DNA from: an uncultured archaeon
GTDB lineage: Archaea > Asgardarchaeota > Lokiarchaeia > Sigyniarchaeales > SOKP01
Direction: 5' to 3'
Length of the DNA: 19,818 nucleotides
NCBI GenBank assembly: GCA_964493715.1
Contig: CAZBPC010000064.1
Location: forward strand, 1-19,818
The position numbers were made by a program, and so were the translations under genes. The notes beneath the pieces are model-generated. The model saw nothing but the letters and a program-made list of their open reading frames with translations. It searched no databases and was not told the origin of the DNA. Below, piece after piece: positions 8,831-16,871 of the stretch (the first letter of the stretch is position 1; each line of letters opens with the position of its first letter).

Positions 8831-10372
8831 ATGAGGACATTCGAACAATATGTTGAAGATCTAAAAAAGATGAAACCAAATATTTACATCGGTGATGAAA
8901 AAGTTGATCGTCATGATCCTCGGTTGAAGGGAGGCATGTTTATCATGAAAGAGACTTTTGATAGAGCACATGATCCTGAATGGGAAGATTTATGCACTGC
9001 TAAAAGTCATATCACAGGAAATAAAATAAATCGGTTTACTAACATTCATCAGAGTGAAGAGGATCTGCTCAAGAAGCAGCTCATGACTCGCAGATTATGT
9101 CATCGTGTAGGAGGTTGTATACAGAGATGCATGGGAATTGATGCGCTAAATGCACTTTCTGTTATTACTTATGAAATGGACCAAGCATTACAAACAAACT
9201 ACAATCAAAGATTTCTTAATTACATGAAGATGTTTCAAGAAAAAGACTTAGTCGCTAGTTGTGCACAGACTGATGCTAAAGGAGACCGACTTAAAAGACC
9301 TTTTCAACAGGAGGATCCTGACCAATATCTTCACGTTGTAGAGACCAGAGAAGATGGAATAATTGTGAGAGGATGCAAGATCAATATTACGAATACTGCT
9401 TATGCAGACGAGATGATTGTGGTTCCTTGTCGATACATGAGTCCAGAGGATAAAGATTATGCCGTTGCATTTGCTTTACCAGCTGATTGGGAAGGAGTTA
9501 AACTTCTAACTAGACCAGCGTGGGTAAAAGAAAGTAAGGTAATCGATTCCCCTTCATCAAAATTAGGCGATTGTGAGACATTCATAATTTTTGATGATGT
9601 ATTTGTGCCAAATGAGAGAATATTCATGAATGGTCACGGTGATCCTCGAGAAACTCCTTATGCGGGATTTCTTGCATTGATGTTTGCTCATTATCACAGA
9701 CATAGTTACACCGGTTGTAAACCCGCAACATCGGAAGTGATCGCAAGTGCAGCTGCTTTAGTTGCAGAATATAATGGCATTGAAAAAGCGAGTCATGTTC
9801 AAGATAAAATTTCTCATTTAATAGGCTTAGCAGAGTTAGTATTTGCTGCAGGAGAATCAAGTGCAAAGCATTCTGAAAAAGCTCCTTCAGGAACACAAGT
9901 ACCGGATGAAATATTAACTAATGCAGGGAGAAGATTAGCAGGAGAAAACATTTACGAAGAATATAAAATATTAGCTGATCTATCTGGAGGTATTATAGCA
10001 ACTTTACCTTATGAAGGATCTTTTTTCAACGAGGAAGTCGGAGAGCTTGCGATGAAATATTTAAAAAGGAACCCGAGAGTAAAAACCGAAAACATGTATA
10101 AATGTTTTAAGGGGATAGAAAGTCTTGCGGTCAGTGAATTAGGGGGTCTAATGCAGGTAGCTGGTATTCATGGAGGAGGTTCTCCCCAAATGGAAACAAT
10201 TACTATGATGATGCGATATGACACGGAGCGGTTAAAAGATATCGCTAAGTATTTATTCGGAATTAAACCGAAGTTAAAACCATATGAACGCCCGACAGTT
10301 ACTCCTCGACAACAATTGGAGAAATTTAGAAAGGCGTTATTAAGACAACAAGAAAAACCCGAAAATTGCTAA
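8831..10372 (+). CDS. 4-hydroxybutyryl-CoA dehydratase / vinylacetyl-CoA isomerase family [4Fe-4S]-FAD protein (HpaB-like fold)
   Basis: Cluster ligands CIQRC (Cx3C) and HRHSYTGC (H-x6-C), plus QTDAKGDR, DDVFVPNERIF and HGGGSP. ATG at 8831 follows a GAGTGA SD-like sequence; the track start is GTG at 8822. Confidence 0.88.
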   Translation: MRTFEQYVEDLKKMKPNIYIGDEKVDRHDPRLKGGMFIMKETFDRAHDPEWEDLCTAKSHITGNKINRFTNIHQSEEDLLKKQLMTRRLCHRVGGCIQRCMGIDALNALSVITYEMDQALQTNYNQRFLNYMKMFQEKDLVASCAQTDAKGDRLKRPFQQEDPDQYLHVVETREDGIIVRGCKINITNTAYADEMIVVPCRYMSPEDKDYAVAFALPADWEGVKLLTRPAWVKESKVIDSPSSKLGDCETFIIFDDVFVPNERIFMNGHGDPRETPYAGFLALMFAHYHRHSYTGCKPATSEVIASAAALVAEYNGIEKASHVQDKISHLIGLAELVFAAGESSAKHSEKAPSGTQVPDEILTNAGRRLAGENIYEEYKILADLSGGIIATLPYEGSFFNEEVGELAMKYLKRNPRVKTENMYKCFKGIESLAVSELGGLMQVAGIHGGGSPQMETITMMMRYDTERLKDIAKYLFGIKPKLKPYERPTVTPRQQLEKFRKALLRQQEKPENC

Positions 10373-10393
10373 ATTTTCATAATTTTCTTTTTT

Positions 10394-11356
10394 TTATAAT
10401 ATACATAAAACATAAAGTTGAGCTTGATTCAGATCTTTAATTTTTAAATCATCTTGTTGTTGTAAGAATTGCACTATGGGAATTCCATTTTCAAATAATT
10501 CATTGAATTTTTCAGCAAATATCTTATAAATTGTACTATTTCTTGAAAGATAAGATCCGATCAATTTATTTGAAGGGTCAAAACTAGGTTGAATTAATTC
10601 TCTATCAGTTAGCATAAAATTACTGAAATCATCAGGAGTAACATGAATATCTATATTCTTGAAAATTAAATCAAATTTTTCAACGTGTCTTGATAAGATT
10701 TCAAATTCTTTACTCAATAATAAGTCATTAACTATTTCCGCATTGAATATAACGCGAATGTCTAAATTTTTTAAATTTTCTTTGATTTTTAGTATTCCAT
10801 CACTAAATGATGAATCAATATTTATTGGAATATTTTCAATACCCTTCTGTTTAACTAAAGATATCAAGTCATTATCATACCTAATCCCTATTGCTATTTG
10901 ACATGTTTTTTCAGCTAAAAATGCAGAATAAGTTTCAGCAAAATTATTGAGGTCATAATTAACAAATTCAACGAATTCTTGGGTTGAATCTACTCTTATA
11001 TTATAGGATTTAAGAAATTCTTCCAAAGCAATTTCTGCTCTTTCCTTTTTTTCTTGAAATTGATGAGATAATTCCTCGATTCTGTTATTAATTATTTTCT
11101 GCCAAAGAGGAAGCACGGGAGTAGCAAGGTGAATTTTCATTGGGCGATCGTAAATTTGAACCAATTCTAATTCATTTAACATTGAACAGACTTTATAACC
11201 TCTTTTTAATGTTAATCCAAATTTAGAGGATACTTCTTTTAGGTTATCTATACGTTTATTTTTAAGAAGATAATGATAGATTCTTTCAATCCCTTTTTCG
11301 ATCACTCCAATTGTGTCAAACAAGGAGCTGATAGCTAAAAATTCATGTTCTTCCAT
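10394..11356 (-). CDS. TrmB-family-like transcriptional regulator (winged HTH, coiled coil, PLD-like effector domain)
   Basis: N-terminus IYHYLL...LKEVSSKFGLTLKRGYKVCSMLNELELVQ...RPMK fits the TrmB wHTH. An amphipathic helix (NNRIEELSHQFQEKKERAE) follows. The C-terminus FMLTDRE...RNSTIYKIFAEKFNELFE resembles the end of TrmB effector domains. Confidence 0.7.
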   Translation of the reverse strand: MEEHEFLAISSLFDTIGVIEKGIERIYHYLLKNKRIDNLKEVSSKFGLTLKRGYKVCSMLNELELVQIYDRPMKIHLATPVLPLWQKIINNRIEELSHQFQEKKERAEIALEEFLKSYNIRVDSTQEFVEFVNYDLNNFAETYSAFLAEKTCQIAIGIRYDNDLISLVKQKGIENIPINIDSSFSDGILKIKENLKNLDIRVIFNAEIVNDLLLSKEFEILSRHVEKFDLIFKNIDIHVTPDDFSNFMLTDRELIQPSFDPSNKLIGSYLSRNSTIYKIFAEKFNELFENGIPIVQFLQQQDDLKIKDLNQAQLYVLCIL

Positions 11357-11359
11357 TTA

Positions 11360-11367
11360 ATCACCTA
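11360..11367 (-). promoter_or_regulatory. Shine-Dalgarno GGTGAT overlapping the GTPase stop codon (translational coupling)
   Basis: The minus strand reads AAA TAG GTGATTAA ATG. The TAG stop shares its G with GGTGAT, and the next ATG is 8 nt after the stop. Confidence 0.65.
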
Positions 11368-11892
11368 TTTACCCATCATTTCTAATGTAAGATCTGTCAG
11401 AACTTCAAAAGTTTTGGTTACATTTTGTCCTGTTTTACTCGAAATTTCCCCAAAGGAGGTCATTTTGTTTTTTTCAGCGATTTGGATTCCATATTCGCGA
11501 GGTATGTTTCTTTGAGATTTTTCCAGATCTATTTTCGAACCAATTAACATGATTGGGACAGGTCCTCCCTTTTGACGTACAATATTGGTCCATTCGCTTA
11601 TATTATCTAGAGTTTGTGGGCGAGTAATATCATATAACAAAAAGGCTGCATTTGCTCCGAGACAATATGTTGGGAGTAGAAATCTAAACCGTTCTTCACC
11701 ACCAATGTCCCAAATTTGGAGCTTTATTTTCTTTCCGTGCAAATCAATCGTTTTTACATGAAAGTCTACGCCGATTGTCAACCTTTCAGAAGGATTGAAG
11801 ATATTATAACAGTATCGCTTCGTAAAGCTGGTTTTCCCCACGCTAGCATCACCTAGCAAAAGAACCTTAAAAGTATAATCATAATTCGACAT
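11365..11892 (-). CDS. Rab-like small GTPase (Ras superfamily; Asgard eukaryotic-signature protein)
   Basis: G1 GDASVGKTS, G2/RabF1 TIGVDF, RabF2 KLQIW, G3 DIGGE, RabF3-5-like RFRFLL / YCLGA / LLYDIT, G4 SKID and G5 SSK. No C-terminal Cys tail. Confidence 0.95.
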   Translation of the reverse strand: MSNYDYTFKVLLLGDASVGKTSFTKRYCYNIFNPSERLTIGVDFHVKTIDLHGKKIKLQIWDIGGEERFRFLLPTYCLGANAAFLLYDITRPQTLDNISEWTNIVRQKGGPVPIMLIGSKIDLEKSQRNIPREYGIQIAEKNKMTSFGEISSKTGQNVTKTFEVLTDLTLEMMGK

Positions 11893-11949
11893 AATTGAAC
11901 ACGTTTTAAGAGTTTATGAATACCTCGACTGAAATATCATTACTAAATA

Positions 11950-11986
11950 TGACTTGAAAGTCACTTAAACATAATATACTATAGTA
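11950..11986. promoter_or_regulatory. Putative promoter/operator region of the GTPase-regulator operon: palindromes TGACTT-GA-AAGTCA (11950-11963) and TACTATAGTA (11977-11986) flanking a TATA-like TTTAAG
   Basis: Both inverted repeats are read directly from the sequence. On the minus strand TTTAAG lies immediately upstream of the 14-bp palindrome. Confidence 0.4.
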
Positions 11987-12079
11987 ATCTAAGATCTCTT
12001 TTTTAATTGTTTTCTTTTTGATAATTGTTGATGTTTGATTTTGAACTAATATTTTTAAAAGAAGTTTTGAAAAAAATTA

Positions 12080-12628
12080 TTATTCTCCAATAAGTTTAAT
12101 TAAATTTTCAAGAATTATTGGATTTAATTCATTATTAATTTGGTTTTTAAGATTATTATAAATCATTTGGTCTTCTTTATGCATGCTTAAGTAATCAATA
12201 ACGCTCCATCGTACTGAATCATCTGGATCATTAAGTAAGGGGATTAGAAATTTAATATATTTCTTATCATCATTCGCTTTAATTTTCATTATAATTTTCG
12301 CACGCAATATGAAATCAGGACTATATAAATGTGGTAATAAATGATACTCTACTACTTCTTCCTTAATGTAACTCAAGATAAATTTGAATATTTCCTGTTT
12401 AAACAGGTCAGATTCATCTAATTCGTTAATAATGCTATTTAATTCGAATTCTGGGATTTTTCGTGCTATTTTTAATAGGCTTTCAAAAGAAATGAAAAAA
12501 TTTTCTGAGATCTTATCTTTTAAATGATTTAATAGGTTCTTAATAATTTTGTCGTTGACCTTTGATACCTCAATGATGTCCCAATATCCATCGTCATCGT
12601 AATTGTTATTATCCCCTAAATAATTCAC
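12080..12628 (-). CDS. HEAT-repeat protein
   Basis: LYSPDFILRAKII, LIPLLNDPDDSVRWSVIDYL and NELNPII are HEAT/PBS-lyase-like units. GTG start. Confidence 0.75.
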   Translation of the reverse strand: MNYLGDNNNYDDDGYWDIIEVSKVNDKIIKNLLNHLKDKISENFFISFESLLKIARKIPEFELNSIINELDESDLFKQEIFKFILSYIKEEVVEYHLLPHLYSPDFILRAKIIMKIKANDDKKYIKFLIPLLNDPDDSVRWSVIDYLSMHKEDQMIYNNLKNQINNELNPIILENLIKLIGE

Positions 12629-12863
12629 GTTATCATCTTAAAATTTTTATAAATTAATAATTAATTATAATTGCACGTTCTCTTTTATTTAAGTTATTAT
12701 TAAATCAAAAATAATTGTCGGATTTTAGTGACATTATTATAATAATTCAATCATGCAATTTTAAGATTAATGAATAGTATATTAAAGAAGATAAAATAAA
12801 ATTTAAAGAGAGATAAGCTAATTGGATAAAGAAAGACAATTTCATAATAGTTGTGATTTAATC

Positions 12864-13730
12864 TCAACAATTAAATCGACTAAACAACTTTTCTGCATTA
12901 TTAAAAAGAATGTTTTGCTTGATATCATTTGATATGGGTAAGCAAGTAATCTTATCAATTTCTAATGATATCGGATTAGTCACTGGGGCGTCAGAGCCAA
13001 AAATTATTCTTTCAGGTCCTATAGTTTTTATCAGACTTAAAATACCATATGGAAGAGAACAAGATGTTTCAAAATATATGTTGGGATATTGTTTTAACAT
13101 GAGACCTAAATCAATGGCATATTCCATCGCTAAAGCGGCATGACCTACAATAATGGTTAGTTCTGGATTATTACTTGCTAAATTTGCGATGTCCTTGCAG
13201 CTTACTCCGCCGAAATAGGATGTTTTTGGGGTTGAATGAATGTATAGGGGAAATCGCTTATCAAAATCTTGCATGAAAGAAACTAACCTAATAATATCTC
13301 TCGGTATTTTAATTAGATTAATCCCAGAATGAATTTTAACGCCACAAAATCCTTTTTTAAAATGATCTCCTAAGATTGTATAGCTTAGATCTTCATTTTC
13401 TTTATCCACATTGGGATTAAACCAAAAAAAATTAAGAAATCTGTCTGGAGCTCGGTTTTTTAATTCAATTACATCTTGATGATCGAGTTGAGTTTTTGGA
13501 AGCATTTTTTTTAAATTTTCCATGGCTTTATTGATACTTGTTTTTTCTTGTCCATCTTTCTCATCATCCTCTGGATTTTTATTGAAAATTTTTGATTTAG
13601 CTGCTCGATTAATAGTTGTAAGAACTGCTTTTTCAACATTATTTTCATCTAAGTAGGTAATGAGATCTTTGTCTGGTCCTAAAAAAGTTCCATATGTGTG
13701 AAGATGACAATCGAATATTTTGAATTCCAT
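12864..13730 (-). CDS. Amidohydrolase_2 family metal-dependent hydrolase (TIM barrel)
   Basis: DCHLH (HxH), GVKIH, YIHS, VGHA, IIFGSDAP and C-terminal ILFNNAEKLF. Confidence 0.88.
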   Translation of the reverse strand: MEFKIFDCHLHTYGTFLGPDKDLITYLDENNVEKAVLTTINRAAKSKIFNKNPEDDEKDGQEKTSINKAMENLKKMLPKTQLDHQDVIELKNRAPDRFLNFFWFNPNVDKENEDLSYTILGDHFKKGFCGVKIHSGINLIKIPRDIIRLVSFMQDFDKRFPLYIHSTPKTSYFGGVSCKDIANLASNNPELTIIVGHAALAMEYAIDLGLMLKQYPNIYFETSCSLPYGILSLIKTIGPERIIFGSDAPVTNPISLEIDKITCLPISNDIKQNILFNNAEKLFSRFNC

Positions 13731-13796
13731 AATGCAATCAACTTGAAAATATTAAAAACAAGAAGAAAAATGATGTATTAATTTAAAAAGATCTCT

Positions 13797-14957
13797 TTAA
13801 TATGATCTAAATTCGTTAGCAGCATCAAACATTGCTATTATATTTTCAGGAGAAACCTCTGCTGTGATATTATGGATGTTAGAAGCAATGTACCCCCCAC
13901 CTGGTTTTAAACATTTAAAATTATACCTCACCTCTTCTCTTATTTGCTCGGGAGTACCAAAAGGAAGGGTTTTCTGTGTATTGCATAATCCCCCCCAAAA
14001 CGTGATTAGTTTCCCAAAACGCTTTTTTAAAGAACAAGGTTCCATATCATAAGAAGAAATTTGAACTGGATTGACGGCATCATACCCTATATCTGAAAAA
14101 TGTGGAATAAATAATGGAATGGAACCGCAACAGTGATAATTTATTTTTGCACTAGTCAATTCATGTATTTTTTGCGAAAGTTTGAATTCGATTGGTTTAA
14201 TCATATTTTCATATATTTTTAAATTCATTATAGGCCCTGCTTGTTCAGCTAAGTCCCCGTTAATGCTGATCACATCTAAATAATCTCCAACTTCATTCAA
14301 AAATGTAGTATTGTAATCAATCCAATATCTCAATAAATTCTCCATTGCTGCAATTATTAATTCTGGTTTTGTTCTAAGGTACCTTAAAACTTTAGTAAAC
14401 CCAAAAAGAAAGGTTGTATATTCATAAACACATCCAGAAGGATGCGCCGATAAAGCAAAATTAGTGGTCTCAAAAAGATGCTTTGCTTTCTCACGTAAAC
14501 CATTGAAAGGGGACTTATCTGTACCATCCGGCCAATCAAAATTGTTTATTTCTTGAACTGAATTAAATTCAGCAAAAGGATGAATAACTGGATCATAATA
14601 TAAAATATTATTTATATCTTTTTCGGCATCATTCCCCCAGAAAACTCCAAATTGATCATAAACACCCACGAATTTTCCCTCATACAGAGGTTCTATTTCG
14701 TCAATCTTTATCATTCCCCCCGTGGGACGAATATAACGAATGTCAATTTTAAATCGTTCTAAAATAGATTCACACGGATCAGCGATTTGTTGCACAAAAT
14801 CAGCAAATTTTACGTTTTTATCTTCGATTCCTAAATATTCTAATACCTTTTTATAAGCTTTAACATGAATACTTGATTGATTTCCTCCTAAATCAAGAGG
14901 GATCTTATCTGGTTCAACGTGATTGAGAGCTGTGTTCACTCTTTCTCGAGAATTCAT
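13797..14957 (-). CDS. Uroporphyrinogen-decarboxylase-superfamily (URO-D/MtaA-like) protein of unknown specificity
   Basis: Typical start MNSRERVxxAL-x4-PDKIP, plus HCCG, FWGG, GTPEQIREEV, GGGYI...HNI and PENIIAM. It lacks the HemE RQAGR motif. Confidence 0.85.
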   Translation of the reverse strand: MNSRERVNTALNHVEPDKIPLDLGGNQSSIHVKAYKKVLEYLGIEDKNVKFADFVQQIADPCESILERFKIDIRYIRPTGGMIKIDEIEPLYEGKFVGVYDQFGVFWGNDAEKDINNILYYDPVIHPFAEFNSVQEINNFDWPDGTDKSPFNGLREKAKHLFETTNFALSAHPSGCVYEYTTFLFGFTKVLRYLRTKPELIIAAMENLLRYWIDYNTTFLNEVGDYLDVISINGDLAEQAGPIMNLKIYENMIKPIEFKLSQKIHELTSAKINYHCCGSIPLFIPHFSDIGYDAVNPVQISSYDMEPCSLKKRFGKLITFWGGLCNTQKTLPFGTPEQIREEVRYNFKCLKPGGGYIASNIHNITAEVSPENIIAMFDAANEFRSY

Positions 14958-15000
14958 TTTTTTTTCTTTAAGATGTAAATATTGATAGTAATTAAGCGTC

Positions 15001-15036
15001 TTTAGATATTTTAACTTTATTTTTTAGATATTTTAA
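15001..15036. repeat. 14-bp perfect direct repeat TTTAGATATTTTAA x2 (22-bp period) in a divergent promoter region
   Basis: Copies at 15001-15014 and 15023-15036. Confidence 0.55.
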
Positions 15037-15134
15037 TGGTTTTTAACTGAGAATTATTGAAAAGGTAATTGATAATCTTAAATTATTTTCTAATTTTATA
15101 CATAAATTACATAATAAAAAGAAGTGAATATACA

Positions 15135-16817
15135 ATGGTTGAATTACCAGATTATATTAAAAATAAATATTGGAAAGATTACTTACCACCGGGTATCACC
15201 TTAGAACTTAATATTCCGCAGGATCAATCCCTGATCGATGTATTTGAAAACGGTACAAAATTATACGGAGATAAAGTATGCATGGACTTTTATGGAAGAG
15301 AATTTACATTTAATGAATTGGATAATTTAACTAGACGATTTGCTGCTGCATTGATTGATATGGGTGTAAAAAAGGGTGATGTTGTCGCTCTTTGGTTACC
15401 TAATTGTCCTCAATTTTCGATTTCTTATTTTGGTGTAATAAGTGTAGGGGCTACACTTACTGCCATCTCTCCTCTATTTGTAGCAAGAGAAATGTCTTAC
15501 CAAATTAAGGACTCTGGAGCAAAATACCTAATAATTATTGATAAATTTATCAAGCAATATAACCGAGCTTTAAAAGCTGGACTACCGTTGGAAAAGGTAA
15601 TCGTGGTTAACGTTGAAGGAGGTAGACCTGACGTTCCTGAAGATGATATGATAATACACTATAACACTTTAATGGAGAAATTTCCAGAACCAAGTCCCGA
15701 TTTTGATACAAATATCAATCCAAAAGAAGATATTGCAGTAATACAATATACTGGTGGAACCACTGGACTCCCTAAAGGTGCTTGCCTTTCGCATTACAAT
15801 ATTCTTGCAAACATTTATCAAATAAAGCAAGTCTCTGATTACATGAAAAATGAATATATCAAGGAAGATTTAATAGGGATCTCCGTACTTCCATGGTATC
15901 ATATCTACGGACAAACCTGTGAGTTGGCTCAAGGCCCCATGGCTGGATCAAAAGCATATGTTTTACCAACCTTTGATATGAATCAATTGATTGAGATCCT
16001 CCAGAAACATAAACCAAATACGTTTTTAGGAGTCACAACGATGTTCATAAATTTACTAAACTTCCCCCCATTTAAAGATGTGGATCTCTCCAGCTTGAAA
16101 TATTCTAACGTTGGTGCTGGAGCGTTACCTGTAGAACTCGCTAAGGCATGGGAGGAAAGAACGGGGTTTGCAATGGGCGAAGGATATGGACTTAGCGAAG
16201 CTAGTCCCGTAGTTACTAATGCTCCTCCATGGGCAAAGAAGAAATTTGGGAGCTGCGGGCATCCTGTTGCTGAAACATTAGTAGGAATCTGGGATGACGA
16301 TAAACAAGAGTTTTTACCAATCGGTGAATCTGGTGAACTGGTGGTAGCAGGTCCTCAAGTCATGTTGGGTTATTATAACAGACCCGAAGAAAACAAAAAG
16401 ACATTTTTCGAAGCCGGAGGATATCGATGGCTTAGAACCGGCGATTTCGCTAAACTAGATGAAGAAGGATACATATTTCTACTAGATAGAATTAAAGACC
16501 TCATAAAGTATAAGGGTCATAGTGTTTATCCTCGAGAAATAGAAGAAATACTATATGAACATCCTGCGGTTTTGGAATGTGCCGTGTTTGGTGTATTCGA
16601 TCCTGTTAAAGGAGAAGATATAGTAGCACATCTTATTCTTCGTCCAGAATATAGAGATAATGTCACAGAACAAGAAATTCTAGAATTTGCTAAAGAAAAC
16701 ATGGCAGCATACAAATATCCAAGACAGATTAAATTCGTTCGCTCCTTACCAAAAAGTGCTGTCGGAAAGATTTTAAGACGCGTCATCAGAGATAAGGAAA
16801 CTGAAAAATTGTCTTAG
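15135..16817 (+). CDS. Long-chain fatty-acid--CoA ligase (second FadD-like paralog)
   Basis: IQYTGGTTGLPKG, GYGLSEASP, WLRTGD, DRIKDLI and LPKSAVGKILRR. ATG at 15135 is preferred because the track extension from 15069 translates AT-rich promoter DNA. Confidence 0.92.
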   Translation: MVELPDYIKNKYWKDYLPPGITLELNIPQDQSLIDVFENGTKLYGDKVCMDFYGREFTFNELDNLTRRFAAALIDMGVKKGDVVALWLPNCPQFSISYFGVISVGATLTAISPLFVAREMSYQIKDSGAKYLIIIDKFIKQYNRALKAGLPLEKVIVVNVEGGRPDVPEDDMIIHYNTLMEKFPEPSPDFDTNINPKEDIAVIQYTGGTTGLPKGACLSHYNILANIYQIKQVSDYMKNEYIKEDLIGISVLPWYHIYGQTCELAQGPMAGSKAYVLPTFDMNQLIEILQKHKPNTFLGVTTMFINLLNFPPFKDVDLSSLKYSNVGAGALPVELAKAWEERTGFAMGEGYGLSEASPVVTNAPPWAKKKFGSCGHPVAETLVGIWDDDKQEFLPIGESGELVVAGPQVMLGYYNRPEENKKTFFEAGGYRWLRTGDFAKLDEEGYIFLLDRIKDLIKYKGHSVYPREIEEILYEHPAVLECAVFGVFDPVKGEDIVAHLILRPEYRDNVTEQEILEFAKENMAAYKYPRQIKFVRSLPKSAVGKILRRVIRDKETEKLS

Positions 16818-16860
16818 AAATAAAAATAAAAAAACTTTTTTTCCTTTTTTTATAAAAATA
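16818..16860. terminator. Bidirectional A/T-tract terminator candidate between convergent genes
   Basis: A tracts followed by T tracts (aaataaaaataaaaaaacttttttttcctttttttataaaa) between the stops at 16817 and 16872. Confidence 0.45.
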
Positions 16861-16871
16861 TTTCAAATCTT

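Noticed and set aside
8831-10372. 4-hydroxyphenylacetate 3-monooxygenase (HpaB), or a marker for the HP/HB or DC/HB carbon-fixation cycle
   Set aside because: The Fe-S ligands point to the dehydratase branch rather than the oxygenase. No other cycle genes are adjacent and the active site is divergent.
12629-12863. AT-only palindromes and short repeats (e.g. TAATTAATTA) as an origin, CRISPR or MITE
   Set aside because: Low-complexity AT sequence with no regular repeat-spacer period, terminal inverted repeats with target duplication, or ORB-like G-string.
13797-14957. hemE (true uroporphyrinogen decarboxylase)
   Set aside because: The RQAGR substrate-binding motif is absent and there are no tetrapyrrole genes nearby.
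15069-15134. 22-aa N-terminal extension of the second acyl-CoA ligase in the ORF track
   Set aside because: It uses a TTG start and translates AT-rich promoter DNA. ATG 15135 gives an N-terminus comparable to the paralog.
1659-16786. Short track ORFs antisense to long genes (1659, 3890, 4337, 5002, 6337, 6581, 7904, 9624, 10659, 12910, 13864, 16526)
   Set aside because: Each lies wholly or mostly opposite a well-supported CDS and has no recognisable motif, so they are shadow ORFs.
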